Assembly (NCBI GenBank): GCA_003599335.1
Contig: QZJN01000003.1
Location: forward strand, 4,654 to 68,653
Length of the DNA stretch: 64,000 nt
Direction of reading: 5' to 3'
Source of the DNA: Candidatus Parcubacteria bacterium
GTDB taxonomy: Bacteria > Patescibacteriota > Minisyncoccia > SURF-38
Shown: positions 16,788 to 26,398 of the stretch, one piece after another
How the letters are laid out: each line of letters begins with the position of its first letter
Numbering within the stretch: position 1 is the stretch's first letter
The notes under the pieces: model-generated
What the model was told of the DNA's origin: nothing
Databases searched by the model: none
What the model saw: the letters and a program-made list of their open reading frames with translations, nothing else
Translations under genes and position numbers: made by a program

Positions 16788-17234
16788 CTATATTTTTAAT
16801 GTTCGTTTAATCTCTCTTTGAGTTTCTCTTTTTCTGATAGCTTCTCTTTTGTCTGATTTCTTCTTGCCTTTGGCTAAAGCTAACTCAAGCTTTACCAAAC
16901 CGTGCTTATTATAAAAGCTTAAAGGGATCAAAGTCAAGCCGCCTTGGCGCATTAAACCGATGAGTTTTGCAATTTCTTTTTTGTGCATCAGTAGTTTTCT
17001 TGAGCGGGTTGGATTGTAACCTTGCGGAGGAGTCTGGATTTGAGAAGGACTTAAATGCGCGTTCACCAAAAAAAGTTCTTTTCCGTGAGGAATGATAAAA
17101 GCATGAGATATATCAACCCTGCCTTCTTTGATCGCCTTTACTTCAAAGCCGTTCAAGGCTAAACCGGCCTCGAATGTTTCAAGGATTTGATAGTCGAATC
17201 TGGCTTTCCGATTTGTCGCAAACTCTTTTTTCAC
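16788..17234 (-). CDS. smpB: SsrA-binding protein SmpB
   Basis: MKKEFATNRKARFDYQILETFEAGLALNGFEVKA.. canonical SmpB N-terminus. Confidence 0.9.
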   Translation of the reverse strand: MKKEFATNRKARFDYQILETFEAGLALNGFEVKAIKEGRVDISHAFIIPHGKELFLVNAHLSPSQIQTPPQGYNPTRSRKLLMHKKEIAKLIGLMRQGGLTLIPLSFYNKHGLVKLELALAKGKKKSDKREAIRKRETQREIKRTLKI

Positions 17235-17321
17235 AAGTTCAGTCTATCATTAAACAAACGTTTTTTATAAGCAAACCTTTAATTTTTAAGCTTTTTTCGT
17301 TAGACTATTAATACTTTAATT

Positions 17322-18935
17322 ATGGCTCAAAGCGGCACTGTAAAAGATTTAATAACCCAAGCAGTTTCGGAAGCTCTTAAAAGGCTTAAGCTTGAAGCCA
17401 AATTTGCGGTTGAATACCCATCTTTTTCAGAACATGGAGATTATTCAACCAACGTTGCCCTCATTTTGGCTTCCAAACTAAAAAAATCTCCGGTGGAAAT
17501 TGCCTATCAGATAACTGCCGATTTACCCCAACAGCTTAATATGTTTGAGAGAGTTGAGGTTACAGGTTCTGGATTCATAAACTTTTTTTTGCACCAGGAT
17601 TTTGTCCGTTCTCAAATAAAAAATATTTCCGATAAAAATTTTGGCGAACTAAAACTTGGGGATGGTCAGAAAGTTAATATTGAATTTATCTCGGCCAATC
17701 CGACAGGGCCTTTAACCGTCGGTAATTCACGCGGAGCTTTTTTTGGCGATGCTCTCGGTAATATTATGCATTTAGCAGGATATGATGTTGCTAAAGAGTA
17801 TTATGTTAACGACGCCAAAAGTTCAAACCAAATAAGGGAGCTTGGGCGTACAGCCCTTGGAAAGGGGGAGGCCTATAAATCGGATTATTTAGACAGGAAA
17901 CTGGAAGAGTTTAAGAAGAAGGGATTTAAGATAGAAACTCTTGATGAAGTTAGCCTTGGGCATTTAATTGCAAGTTCAATTCATGAAGACATTGAGGAAT
18001 TTGTAAAAGAGCAGTTAAAGATAAAATTTGATAAATGGTTTCATGAGCAAACCCTTTTTGACAAGGAAGTTTTGGATAAAATTTTAAACGATCTGAAGAA
18101 ACGAGATTTAATATACGAAAAAGACGGCGCTTTGTGGTTGAAAACAACACAATTTGGAGATTTACAAGATCAGGTTGTTGTCCGTTCGGAGGCTGGGGGG
18201 CAAGAGGGTCAGCCGACGTATTTTTTGAGCGATATCGGATATCACGCCGACAAATTTAAACGCAAATACGACATCGTTATAGACGTTTTGGGGCCGGATC
18301 ATCAGGGACATATCAAGCGAATGGAAGCCGTTGGCAAGATGCTCGGTTTTAAGGGTAAATTTATTTTACTTTTCACGCAGATTGTCCGTTTTAAAGAGGG
18401 CGGTTTGGCAATGAGACTTTCCAAGAGGTTGGGACAAACAGTAAATCTTGAGTGGCTTTTGGAGCAAGTTGGGCTTGATAGCGCGAGATATTTTTTCTTG
18501 ACTAAATCAATTGACACTCATATGGATTTTGACGTTGATTTGGCTAAAAGCAAAACTCTTCAGAACCCCGTTTTTTATATTCAGTATGCCCATGCAAGAT
18601 TGAGCAGTATTTTGCGTAAGGCCAAAGAGCAAAAATTGAACTCTAATTTCAAAAACATCGGATTGCTTAATGCCGAAGGCGAATTGCAGCTTGTAAAAAA
18701 ATTACTCCGTTTTCCCGAACTTGTCGCGACGATCAGTCAGGATTATCAGGTTCATGCTCTTACACACTATCTTTTAAGTGTTGCAACGGCCGCCAACTCT
18801 TTTTATGAGAAGGAAAGAATTATAAGCGAAGAAAAAGAATTGTCTGAAGCGAGACTATGTTTGATAGAAGCGGCAAAAAATGTTATTTTTAAAGCCTTAA
18901 AGCTGCTTGGCATGAACGCCCCGTTGAAAATGTAG
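17322..18935 (+). CDS. argS: Arginyl-tRNA synthetase
   Basis: N-terminal Arg-tRNA-synthetase add-on domain, class I core (FISANPTGPL..) and a C-terminal DALR anticodon-binding domain. Confidence 0.9.
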   Translation: MAQSGTVKDLITQAVSEALKRLKLEAKFAVEYPSFSEHGDYSTNVALILASKLKKSPVEIAYQITADLPQQLNMFERVEVTGSGFINFFLHQDFVRSQIKNISDKNFGELKLGDGQKVNIEFISANPTGPLTVGNSRGAFFGDALGNIMHLAGYDVAKEYYVNDAKSSNQIRELGRTALGKGEAYKSDYLDRKLEEFKKKGFKIETLDEVSLGHLIASSIHEDIEEFVKEQLKIKFDKWFHEQTLFDKEVLDKILNDLKKRDLIYEKDGALWLKTTQFGDLQDQVVVRSEAGGQEGQPTYFLSDIGYHADKFKRKYDIVIDVLGPDHQGHIKRMEAVGKMLGFKGKFILLFTQIVRFKEGGLAMRLSKRLGQTVNLEWLLEQVGLDSARYFFLTKSIDTHMDFDVDLAKSKTLQNPVFYIQYAHARLSSILRKAKEQKLNSNFKNIGLLNAEGELQLVKKLLRFPELVATISQDYQVHALTHYLLSVATAANSFYEKERIISEEKELSEARLCLIEAAKNVIFKALKLLGMNAPLKM

Positions 18936-18961
18936 TAAGCCCGAAGGCATCTAAGAGACTT

Positions 18962-21900
18962 ATGGAGGATGAAAACAAGAACGAATTTGTAAAGCAAGAA
19001 GAGGAGGTTTTGAAGTTTTGGCAAAAAAGAGATATTTTTGCCAAAAGTATAGCGTTGGCTAAAAATGCCAGACGCTTTGTTTTTTTTGAAGGGCCGCCTT
19101 CAGCCAACGCAAAGCCGGGGATTCATCACGTTTTGGCCCGTACCTATAAAGATTTATTTTGTCGGTTTAAGGCCATGTGCGGCTTTTTGGTGGAAAGAAA
19201 AGCCGGTTGGGATACTCATGGTTTGCCGATCGAAGTTCAGCTTGAGAAAGAGCTCGGTCTTAAAAATAAAAAAGAAATCGAACAATTCGGAGTTGATAAA
19301 TTCAACACCAAAGCCAAAGATTTGGTGTGGCGATACAAAGAAGAGTGGGAGAAGCTTACCGAAAGAATAGGTTTTTGGTTAAATCAGCAAGATCCATATA
19401 TAACTTACGATTGGCGTTACATCGAAAGCCTCTGGTGGATTATAAAACAAATTTCAAAGCGCGGTCTTTTGTACCAGGATTATAAAGTTGTTCCATATTG
19501 CACCCGTTGTGGCACGCCTTTATCTTCCCATGAAGTTGCGCAGGGATATAAAGAGGTTGAAGACGAAGCGGTTTACGTGAAGTTTAGAGTAAAAGAGGGA
19601 CAAAAGATTGGTGAATTTACTGCCAATGATAAAACTTATATCCTTGCCTGGACAACAACTCCATGGACATTGCCTGGGAACGTTGCTTTAGCTGTTGGGA
19701 AAAACATAAATTATAATCTTGTTCGCGTTGATGGGGATGATGAATTTTTGATAGCTGCCGAAGCTTTGGTCCAAAAAGTTTCTGAAGGGCGTTTATTTGA
19801 GAATACCCAGGTTTTTAAGGGTTCTGTATTGGTTGGTTTAAAATATGAACCTTTATTTAATATTTCCGCCCTTCAAAATGAAAAATCCCACAGGGTTTAT
19901 CCGGCTGATTTTGTTACTACAGAAGATGGCACCGGTGTTGTTCATACGGCCGTGATGTATGGAGAAGAAGATTTTGAGCTTGGTAAAAAAGTTGGCTTGC
20001 CGCAGCATCACACGGTTGACGAACAGGGAAAATTTACAAACGAAGTTCAGGGTTTTGAAAACCTTTACGTTAAAGACAAGGAAACCGAACAAAAAATAAT
20101 CTTTTACCTTAACGACAAGGGGTTTCTTTTTAAGACTCATAAGTATCGTCACGAATATCCATTCTGTTGGCGGTGTGATTCGCCTCTTTTGTACTACGCT
20201 TTAACATCGTGGTTTGTCGGGACTTCTAAAATAAGAAGCGAGCTTATAAAAAACAATAAAAAAATAAACTGGATTCCCGAACATATAAAAGAAGGGAGAT
20301 TTGGGACCTGGCTTAAGGAGCTTAAAGATTGGGCTTTTTCTCGAAACAGATATTGGGGTACTCCCTTGCCGGTCTGGCAGTGCCAAGTTTGCTCTCATCA
20401 AATGGTAATTGGTTCGCTTGATGAACTGACCGAGAATGCGTTTCATGTTCAGAATAATTATTTGCTTTTAAGACACGGGGGTACGGATTTAAACAAAAAA
20501 GAAATTTTAAATTCAGATCCGACCAAACAAGGAGATGAATTTGGCCTTAACGAAAACGGTCTGACGCAGATAAAAGCCATTATTCCAAAACTCAAGAAGA
20601 AGGCCGTAGATCTTATTTTTTCTTCAGATTTTCAGCGCACAAAAGAAACAGCCGAACTTATTGCGGGAGAGCTTGGGCTTAAGGTTGAGTATGATAAAAA
20701 ACTCCGAGAGATTGAGTTTGGGGTTTTTGACGATCAGCCCTATTCCAAGATGGATCATAATTTTCCTCACGGCCTTTCCCGTTTTGAAAAAAAACCCCAG
20801 GGAGGCGAAAACTACCGTAAAGTACGAACCAGAATGATGGAGTTTGTGTTGGGGTTGGAGAAAAAATATCACGGCAAGACTATACTTGTCGTTTCTCACG
20901 AAAATCCATTATGGCTGCTTGAAACAGGAATAAAAGGTTTGTCTGATGAAGGTTCCCTTAAATGGCGTAAGGAAAACTACATCAACACCGGACAATTTCA
21001 TGAATTGTATTTTCCGAATTATCCCTACAATAAGAAAGGCGAAATAGATTTGCACAGGCCTTATATTGATGGTGTTAGTTTAAAATGCAAAAAGTGCGGT
21101 AAGGAATCTCGGAGGGTTTCGGAGTTGATTGATGTTTGGTTTGATTCAGGAGCCATGCCTTATGCGCAGTGGCATTATCCCTTTGAAAATAAACAAAAAG
21201 TTGATGGTTTAAGAGCCGAGGCTTTTCCTGCAGATTTTATTTCCGAAGGCGTTGATCAAACAAGGGGATGGTTTTACTCATTGCTTGGGATTTCAACTTT
21301 GCTTGGCAGAGGTCCGTCTTATTTAAACGTCGTTTCTTTGGCTCATGTTCTTGATAAAGATGGTCAAAAAATGTCTAAATCAAAAGGAAATGTTGTTGAT
21401 CCTTGGTATGTTGTCGGAAAATACGGAGCCGATACGACAAGGTGGTATTTTTACGTTACTAATCCGGCCGGAGAACCAAAACTTTTCAACGAGAACAACC
21501 TGGCCTTGCAGCAAAGGGGATTTCTAAGGCTGCTTTGGAATTCATGGGTATTTTTTGAGACGTACGCCAGGAGGGGAGTTAAAAAACCAGAAGGAGTATT
21601 TGAGTTGAAAAAGAAAGTGAACATTCTTGATTTGTGGCTCGATTCTTATCTCAACGAAACAATTTTTGAAGTAAGATCGGCTCTTGAAGCTTATGATGCA
21701 ACTGGCGCGGCCAGGAGTCTTGAAAAATTTGTGGCCGATCTTTCAAATTGGTATATTCGTCGTTCAAGGGAAAGATTTCAGAGACCGACCGACTTAAATG
21801 ATTACGAGAACGGTCGTCAATATTTTGCCAAAGCTCTCTATATGGGAGGAATTTTGAGCGCTCCTTTTATACCCTTTCTGAGCGAATCAATATATCAGCG

Positions 21901-22540
21901 TATGAAGGTTTTTCCACAGCTTCGGTTTTTGAAATTTGCCGAGAGTGTTCACCTCAATCCTTATCCCGTTTGGCAAAAAGGAAAAACAGACAAAGAAGCT
22001 CTTAAAAATATGACGATAGTTAGGGAATTAGCCACGGCTGTTCATGCCTTGCGGGACAAGGCCAATGTCAAAGTCCGCCAACCACTAAAACAGCTTCAGC
22101 TAAAACTTAACGAAAAAGTTAAATTGTCTTCTGAGCTTTTGAAGATTTTGGCGGAAGAAATCAACGTTAAAGAAGTTGTGGTTGTTGAAGATATAAAACA
22201 ATCTCAAGATGTTGTTGTGTCTGAAGTGGTTCACGGCAAACTTGGTCTTAATATCGTTCTTGATGATTATCTTAGACAGGAAGGTTTTATCCGCGAACTA
22301 ATAAGAAATATTCAGGATATGAGAAAAACTATAGGGCTTTCTCCAGAAATTTCAGTAGCCCTTTACCTTGGGGCCGAAGACAAATTTTTTGGTTTTGCCA
22401 AGAATTATTTTGATGAACTTAAGCATAAAACCAATGCTAAAAGCATTGAATTTAAGGATATCCTTGAAGGGTCTTTTGATATCGAGAGGGATTTTCGTCT
22501 CGGGGAGCATAATATCCGGGTCGCAATAAAGAAGTTATAG
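18962..22540 (+). CDS. ileS: Isoleucyl-tRNA synthetase (type 2-like) with an inserted ~195-aa histidine-phosphatase (PGAM-like) domain
   Basis: IleRS motifs: PPSANAKPGIHHVLAR (HIGH region), GWDTHGLPIE and KMSKSKGN. Between the WAFSRNRYWGTP and DVWFDSGAMPYA core blocks (about nt 20450-21040) there is an insert with the histidine-phosphatase triad of motifs LLLRHGGTDLN (RHG), SSDFQRTKETAE and LVVSHENPL. Confidence 0.85.
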   Translation: MEDENKNEFVKQEEEVLKFWQKRDIFAKSIALAKNARRFVFFEGPPSANAKPGIHHVLARTYKDLFCRFKAMCGFLVERKAGWDTHGLPIEVQLEKELGLKNKKEIEQFGVDKFNTKAKDLVWRYKEEWEKLTERIGFWLNQQDPYITYDWRYIESLWWIIKQISKRGLLYQDYKVVPYCTRCGTPLSSHEVAQGYKEVEDEAVYVKFRVKEGQKIGEFTANDKTYILAWTTTPWTLPGNVALAVGKNINYNLVRVDGDDEFLIAAEALVQKVSEGRLFENTQVFKGSVLVGLKYEPLFNISALQNEKSHRVYPADFVTTEDGTGVVHTAVMYGEEDFELGKKVGLPQHHTVDEQGKFTNEVQGFENLYVKDKETEQKIIFYLNDKGFLFKTHKYRHEYPFCWRCDSPLLYYALTSWFVGTSKIRSELIKNNKKINWIPEHIKEGRFGTWLKELKDWAFSRNRYWGTPLPVWQCQVCSHQMVIGSLDELTENAFHVQNNYLLLRHGGTDLNKKEILNSDPTKQGDEFGLNENGLTQIKAIIPKLKKKAVDLIFSSDFQRTKETAELIAGELGLKVEYDKKLREIEFGVFDDQPYSKMDHNFPHGLSRFEKKPQGGENYRKVRTRMMEFVLGLEKKYHGKTILVVSHENPLWLLETGIKGLSDEGSLKWRKENYINTGQFHELYFPNYPYNKKGEIDLHRPYIDGVSLKCKKCGKESRRVSELIDVWFDSGAMPYAQWHYPFENKQKVDGLRAEAFPADFISEGVDQTRGWFYSLLGISTLLGRGPSYLNVVSLAHVLDKDGQKMSKSKGNVVDPWYVVGKYGADTTRWYFYVTNPAGEPKLFNENNLALQQRGFLRLLWNSWVFFETYARRGVKKPEGVFELKKKVNILDLWLDSYLNETIFEVRSALEAYDATGAARSLEKFVADLSNWYIRRSRERFQRPTDLNDYENGRQYFAKALYMGGILSAPFIPFLSESIYQRMKVFPQLRFLKFAESVHLNPYPVWQKGKTDKEALKNMTIVRELATAVHALRDKANVKVRQPLKQLQLKLNEKVKLSSELLKILAEEINVKEVVVVEDIKQSQDVVVSEVVHGKLGLNIVLDDYLRQEGFIRELIRNIQDMRKTIGLSPEISVALYLGAEDKFFGFAKNYFDELKHKTNAKSIEFKDILEGSFDIERDFRLGEHNIRVAIKKL

Positions 22541-22548
22541 ATCTTATA

Positions 22549-23262
22549 ATGTTGGTTACGCCGGCAATTATTTTAAGAAAGCTGGAAACTAAGGAACACG
22601 ATAAGTTTTTGGAATTACTTACGCCTCAATTCGGAAGAATAGACGTCGTTGCCAGGGGAACAAGAAAAATTGAATCTAAATTAAATCCGCACCTTAATTT
22701 GTTGAATATTCTTGAGGTTGGATTTGTTCAAGGTCCGGCAAATAAAGTTTTGGTTCTCGCAGACACAAAAGAAAAATTTGAAGCTTCTAAAGTTGAGCAG
22801 TACGAGGCCGCTTTTGAAATAATAAGATTGTTAGAAAAATTAACCTGGGCCGAGCTCCCAGAACCAAAAACATTCGTGTTGGCCGAGGAAGGTTTAAAAC
22901 AAATACGACTCTATCCTGATTTTTGCGGTCAGATAACAATAAAGTTCAAAATTAAACTTCTCGAAATTCTTGGTTATAAACCAGAGCTTGAAAAATGCAT
23001 CCATTGTCATAAGAGAGATTTTGTCAAAAAAACCTTTAATTACACCCAAGGAGGGCTAACCTGTAAGGATTGTCTCGGTCCTTACGAGGCGATAGATATT
23101 AAAGAGGAATCTTTTTGGAAAACAACAAACTATCTGCTTAATGATTTTGCTTGGCTTGAGCCGAAACTTAGCGCCGAGGATATAAATCAGCAAACTCGTT
23201 TCATTGATAATCTTTTTAACCATTTTGTTGACGATCGTCAAAAGAATGTAGCCTTTATATGA
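22549..23262 (+). CDS. recO: DNA repair protein RecO
   Basis: N-terminal OB-fold region (PAIILRKLETKEHDKFLELLT..GRIDVVARG) and a C-terminal C4 zinc motif (CIHC..CKDC). Confidence 0.65.
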   Translation: MLVTPAIILRKLETKEHDKFLELLTPQFGRIDVVARGTRKIESKLNPHLNLLNILEVGFVQGPANKVLVLADTKEKFEASKVEQYEAAFEIIRLLEKLTWAELPEPKTFVLAEEGLKQIRLYPDFCGQITIKFKIKLLEILGYKPELEKCIHCHKRDFVKKTFNYTQGGLTCKDCLGPYEAIDIKEESFWKTTNYLLNDFAWLEPKLSAEDINQQTRFIDNLFNHFVDDRQKNVAFI

Positions 23263-24968
23263 AATATTCCGTAAAGCACATAAGAATAATGACTTTTATT
23301 ATAACAATCCTTTTGATCGTTTTGCTTGCAATTTTGATAATGAGGGGTGTTTTTTCGAGACAACCCGTTTCTGTTTCTTTTGAAGGTCCAGGAGAAATTC
23401 TTAATGGGGAAGAAAGGGTTTTCAAAATTACTTATAAAAATAATTCAGGCCAAGAAATATCCAATGCGGAGTTGAATTTGACCGTGCCGCCAAACACCCT
23501 TCGCGACGGCAACCCCGTAGGTCCTTTAATCAGAGAAGTTATAGGCACAATGAAGCGTAAGGAAACTAAGGTTTTTACTTTTAACCTGGCCTTTTTTGAA
23601 AAACCCTCCGAAACTTTAAAACTGGGGGCAAAAGCGATTTATCAGCCCGAAGGAACAAGCGTTTTATTTGAAGTTGTTTCTGAAAAAGAGATAAAAATAA
23701 CAGGCCATGTCGTTGAGCTTTCTTTTGGTCCCGCAACGACAAACGCCTCGGGAACTTTTAACACTTCTTTGGTTATAACCAACAAAGCTCAACATCCGAT
23801 CAAGGATGTAAATTTAAAGATTACCTATCCTGATAATTTTTTGTTGGTTTCTGCCAATCCAAGACTGGCTTTTGGTCAAAAAAACATCTGGCAATTTGGG
23901 GAGCTTCAGGTTGCTTCAAGCACAACGGTTGAATTGACCGGTCGTATACTCGGGGCGCAGAGTCTTTCCCAACCATTTCAAGCTAATTTAATCAAAACCC
24001 TGCCATCCGGAGAGTTTGTTTTGGGCGAAACCTCAAGTATTAACCAGATTGTAAGTTCCGGTCTTATTATTTTTCAGAAGGTTAACAACGATAGGCCTTT
24101 AAGTGTCGGCTGGGGAGATGTGCTTGATTATGATTTATCTTATCGTAATGCTACAACAAACGATGTTGCCGATGTTATTATCGAATTTGCTTTTGATCCG
24201 AAATTGGTTGATTTAGCCAAATCAAATTTTAACGGTGGTATTATCGATCCGTCTTCAGGGACGGTTAGGTTTGATAAATTTAATTTAAGATCCTTGGAAA
24301 GGCTTACGGCCGGTCAGGAAGGAGTTTTAAGATTTAGCGTTGCCATTGTAAATTTACCGCCTCAAGGCGCTCTGATAAGAGAGAATTTTAATTTCAAAAG
24401 TTCGGCGGTTATCAGTGGTACAAAAACAACAAATGGAGGAGAAACTCCATTGGGCCAGGATATTTTAGATATGAAGCTTGAGACGAAAGTCCTTTTAGCG
24501 AGCAAGGTTTACTACCAAAGCAATTATTTTCAAAATATTGGCCCTCTGCCCCCACGGGTTGGCAACAAAACGACTTACACTGTTGTTTTGGAAGTTAGCA
24601 ATTTTTCAAACAACGTTTCAAAAAGTTCCGTGGAAGCATTTTTGGGACCGAATATAAGTTGGGAAGGCATCGTAGCTCCAAAAAATGCTACAATAAGATA
24701 TGATGCCACAATGCGCAAAGTTATTTGGGACTTGGGAACATTGCGCGCAGGAACAGGATTTAATCAGCCTTTAAAAACAGTCGCCTTTCAGATAGGCCTT
24801 ACTCCGACATTTGATCAGGTTGCCCAAAATGCTCTTTTAATAGGTCAGGCTAAATTTTCAGGCGTTGATGTATTTGCTTCAAGCTCTTTGAGTGTTTCTG
24901 TGGAGCCGGTTTATTCAAATTTGCCTCACGATCCTCTTAATTCAAACAAGGGCTCTGTTTTGCCATAA
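23259..24968 (+). CDS. Membrane-anchored large beta-rich surface protein (DUF11-like repeated domains)
   Basis: N-terminal TM helix, then about 530 aa rich in T/N/S/V beta-strand patterns resembling the conserved-repeat-domain (DUF11) surface proteins. Confidence 0.35.
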   Translation: MKYSVKHIRIMTFIITILLIVLLAILIMRGVFSRQPVSVSFEGPGEILNGEERVFKITYKNNSGQEISNAELNLTVPPNTLRDGNPVGPLIREVIGTMKRKETKVFTFNLAFFEKPSETLKLGAKAIYQPEGTSVLFEVVSEKEIKITGHVVELSFGPATTNASGTFNTSLVITNKAQHPIKDVNLKITYPDNFLLVSANPRLAFGQKNIWQFGELQVASSTTVELTGRILGAQSLSQPFQANLIKTLPSGEFVLGETSSINQIVSSGLIIFQKVNNDRPLSVGWGDVLDYDLSYRNATTNDVADVIIEFAFDPKLVDLAKSNFNGGIIDPSSGTVRFDKFNLRSLERLTAGQEGVLRFSVAIVNLPPQGALIRENFNFKSSAVISGTKTTNGGETPLGQDILDMKLETKVLLASKVYYQSNYFQNIGPLPPRVGNKTTYTVVLEVSNFSNNVSKSSVEAFLGPNISWEGIVAPKNATIRYDATMRKVIWDLGTLRAGTGFNQPLKTVAFQIGLTPTFDQVAQNALLIGQAKFSGVDVFASSSLSVSVEPVYSNLPHDPLNSNKGSVLP

Positions 24969-24971
24969 AAA

Positions 24972-26294
24972 ATGAAAGAAAAATCTCAAAACAATTTAAT
25001 GGATAAAGTTATTTCGCTTTGTAAACGAAGGGGTTTTATATTTCCCGGTTCTGAAATTTACGGAGGGCTTGCCAACTCCTGGGACTATGGACCATTGGGC
25101 GTTGAACTAAAAAACAACATCAAACAAATGTGGTGGGAGCGCTTTGTGCATCAAAGAGGCGACATTGTTGGCATTGACGCCGCTTTAATAATGAATCCTA
25201 AAGTGTGGGAAGCGAGTGGGCATTTAAAGGAATTTTCTGATCCTTTGGTCGAGTGTAAGGTTTGTCATGAGCGTTTTCGTGCCGACCAGAAAGATATTAT
25301 TGTAGAGCACGAAGAATTTCACGAAAAGCGCAAAGAATCTGCGGGATGGACCGAACCAAAACAATTCAATCTTATGTTTAAAACTTTTATTGGTCCGCTT
25401 CAGGATGAAAAATCAACTGCATATTTTCGTCCCGAAACCGCTCAAGCAATGTTTGTTAATTTTAAAAACGTTGTTGATACAACAAGACAAAACCTGCCAT
25501 TCGGTATTGCTCAAATTGGTAAGGCTTTTCGTAACGAAATTACTACTGGGAATTTTATTTTTCGTACTAAAGAATTCGAGCAGATGGAAATTGAGTATTT
25601 TATTGAAGAAAAAGACTGGCAAAATATTTTTGAAATGTGGCGTAAGGAAATGCTTTTTTGGATCAAAGATCTTGGGGTTAATTTAAAGAAGGTTCATGAA
25701 AGAGAAGTTCCAGACGGGGAACGGGCGCATTATTCCAAGAGAACCGTTGATTTTGATTACGAGTTTCCTTTTGGCAAAGAAGAGCTTTACGGTTTGGCTT
25801 ATCGGACAGATTTTGATTTAAGAAACCACGAGAAGGCTTCCGGTGTAAATCTTAAATATAAAGATGCAAAGACCGGCAAAGAGTTCTGGCCTCATGTCAT
25901 TGAACCAACGTGGGGTGTGGACAGGTCTTTATTAATTGTTTTGCTTGAGGCGTATCACGAAGAAGGAGATAGAGTCGTGCTTAAGCTTCCTTTAAGACTC
26001 GCTCCTTACAAAGTTGCAGTTTTTCCTTTGCTTGCAAACAAAGATAAGCTTGTAGAAAAAGCTAAAGAAATTTATAAAGATTTACAAAAAAATTTCTCGG
26101 TTGCCTGGGACGATCGGGGGAATATCGGTAAAAGGTATTATTCTCAAGATGAAATAGGAACTCCCTGGTGCATAACGGTTGATTTTGAGAGTCTTGAAAA
26201 CGATACAGTTACCGTCAGGGATAGAGATACCGCAAAACAGGAACGCATAAAGGTCGCTGGACTGACAACTTATTTTGAGGATAAGTTAAAATAA
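24972..26294 (+). CDS. glyQS: Glycyl-tRNA synthetase (alpha2 dimeric type)
   Basis: MKEKSQNNLMDKVISLCKRRGFIFPGSEIYGGLANSWDYGPLG.. canonical GlyRS N-terminus with class II motifs. Confidence 0.9.
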   Translation: MKEKSQNNLMDKVISLCKRRGFIFPGSEIYGGLANSWDYGPLGVELKNNIKQMWWERFVHQRGDIVGIDAALIMNPKVWEASGHLKEFSDPLVECKVCHERFRADQKDIIVEHEEFHEKRKESAGWTEPKQFNLMFKTFIGPLQDEKSTAYFRPETAQAMFVNFKNVVDTTRQNLPFGIAQIGKAFRNEITTGNFIFRTKEFEQMEIEYFIEEKDWQNIFEMWRKEMLFWIKDLGVNLKKVHEREVPDGERAHYSKRTVDFDYEFPFGKEELYGLAYRTDFDLRNHEKASGVNLKYKDAKTGKEFWPHVIEPTWGVDRSLLIVLLEAYHEEGDRVVLKLPLRLAPYKVAVFPLLANKDKLVEKAKEIYKDLQKNFSVAWDDRGNIGKRYYSQDEIGTPWCITVDFESLENDTVTVRDRDTAKQERIKVAGLTTYFEDKLK

Positions 26295-26299
26295 AATTA

Positions 26300-26395
26300 A
26301 TATTAATTTTCAATTTACAATTTCCAATCAATTTTCAATGACACAATTTATTAAACCATTTGAAAACTGAAAATTAGAAATTGAAAATTTTTTAA
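26300..26395. repeat. Empty copy of an imperfect inverted-repeat element built from TTGAAAAT/ATTTTCAA units (about 35-nt arms, 22-nt spacer)
   Basis: Left arm ATTTTCAATTTACAATTTCCAATCAATTTTCAATG and right arm CATTTGAAAACTGAAAATTAGAAATTGAAAAT are near reverse complements. Same family as the arms flanking 47745..48113. Confidence 0.5.
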
Positions 26396-26398
26396 AAT

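Noticed and set aside
20450-21040. Considered the ileS insert as an intein or a separate overlapping gene
   Set aside because: No intein splice-junction blocks or homing-endonuclease motifs. The insert is in frame, carries an ordered histidine-phosphatase motif set, and the flanking IleRS blocks are contiguous in frame.
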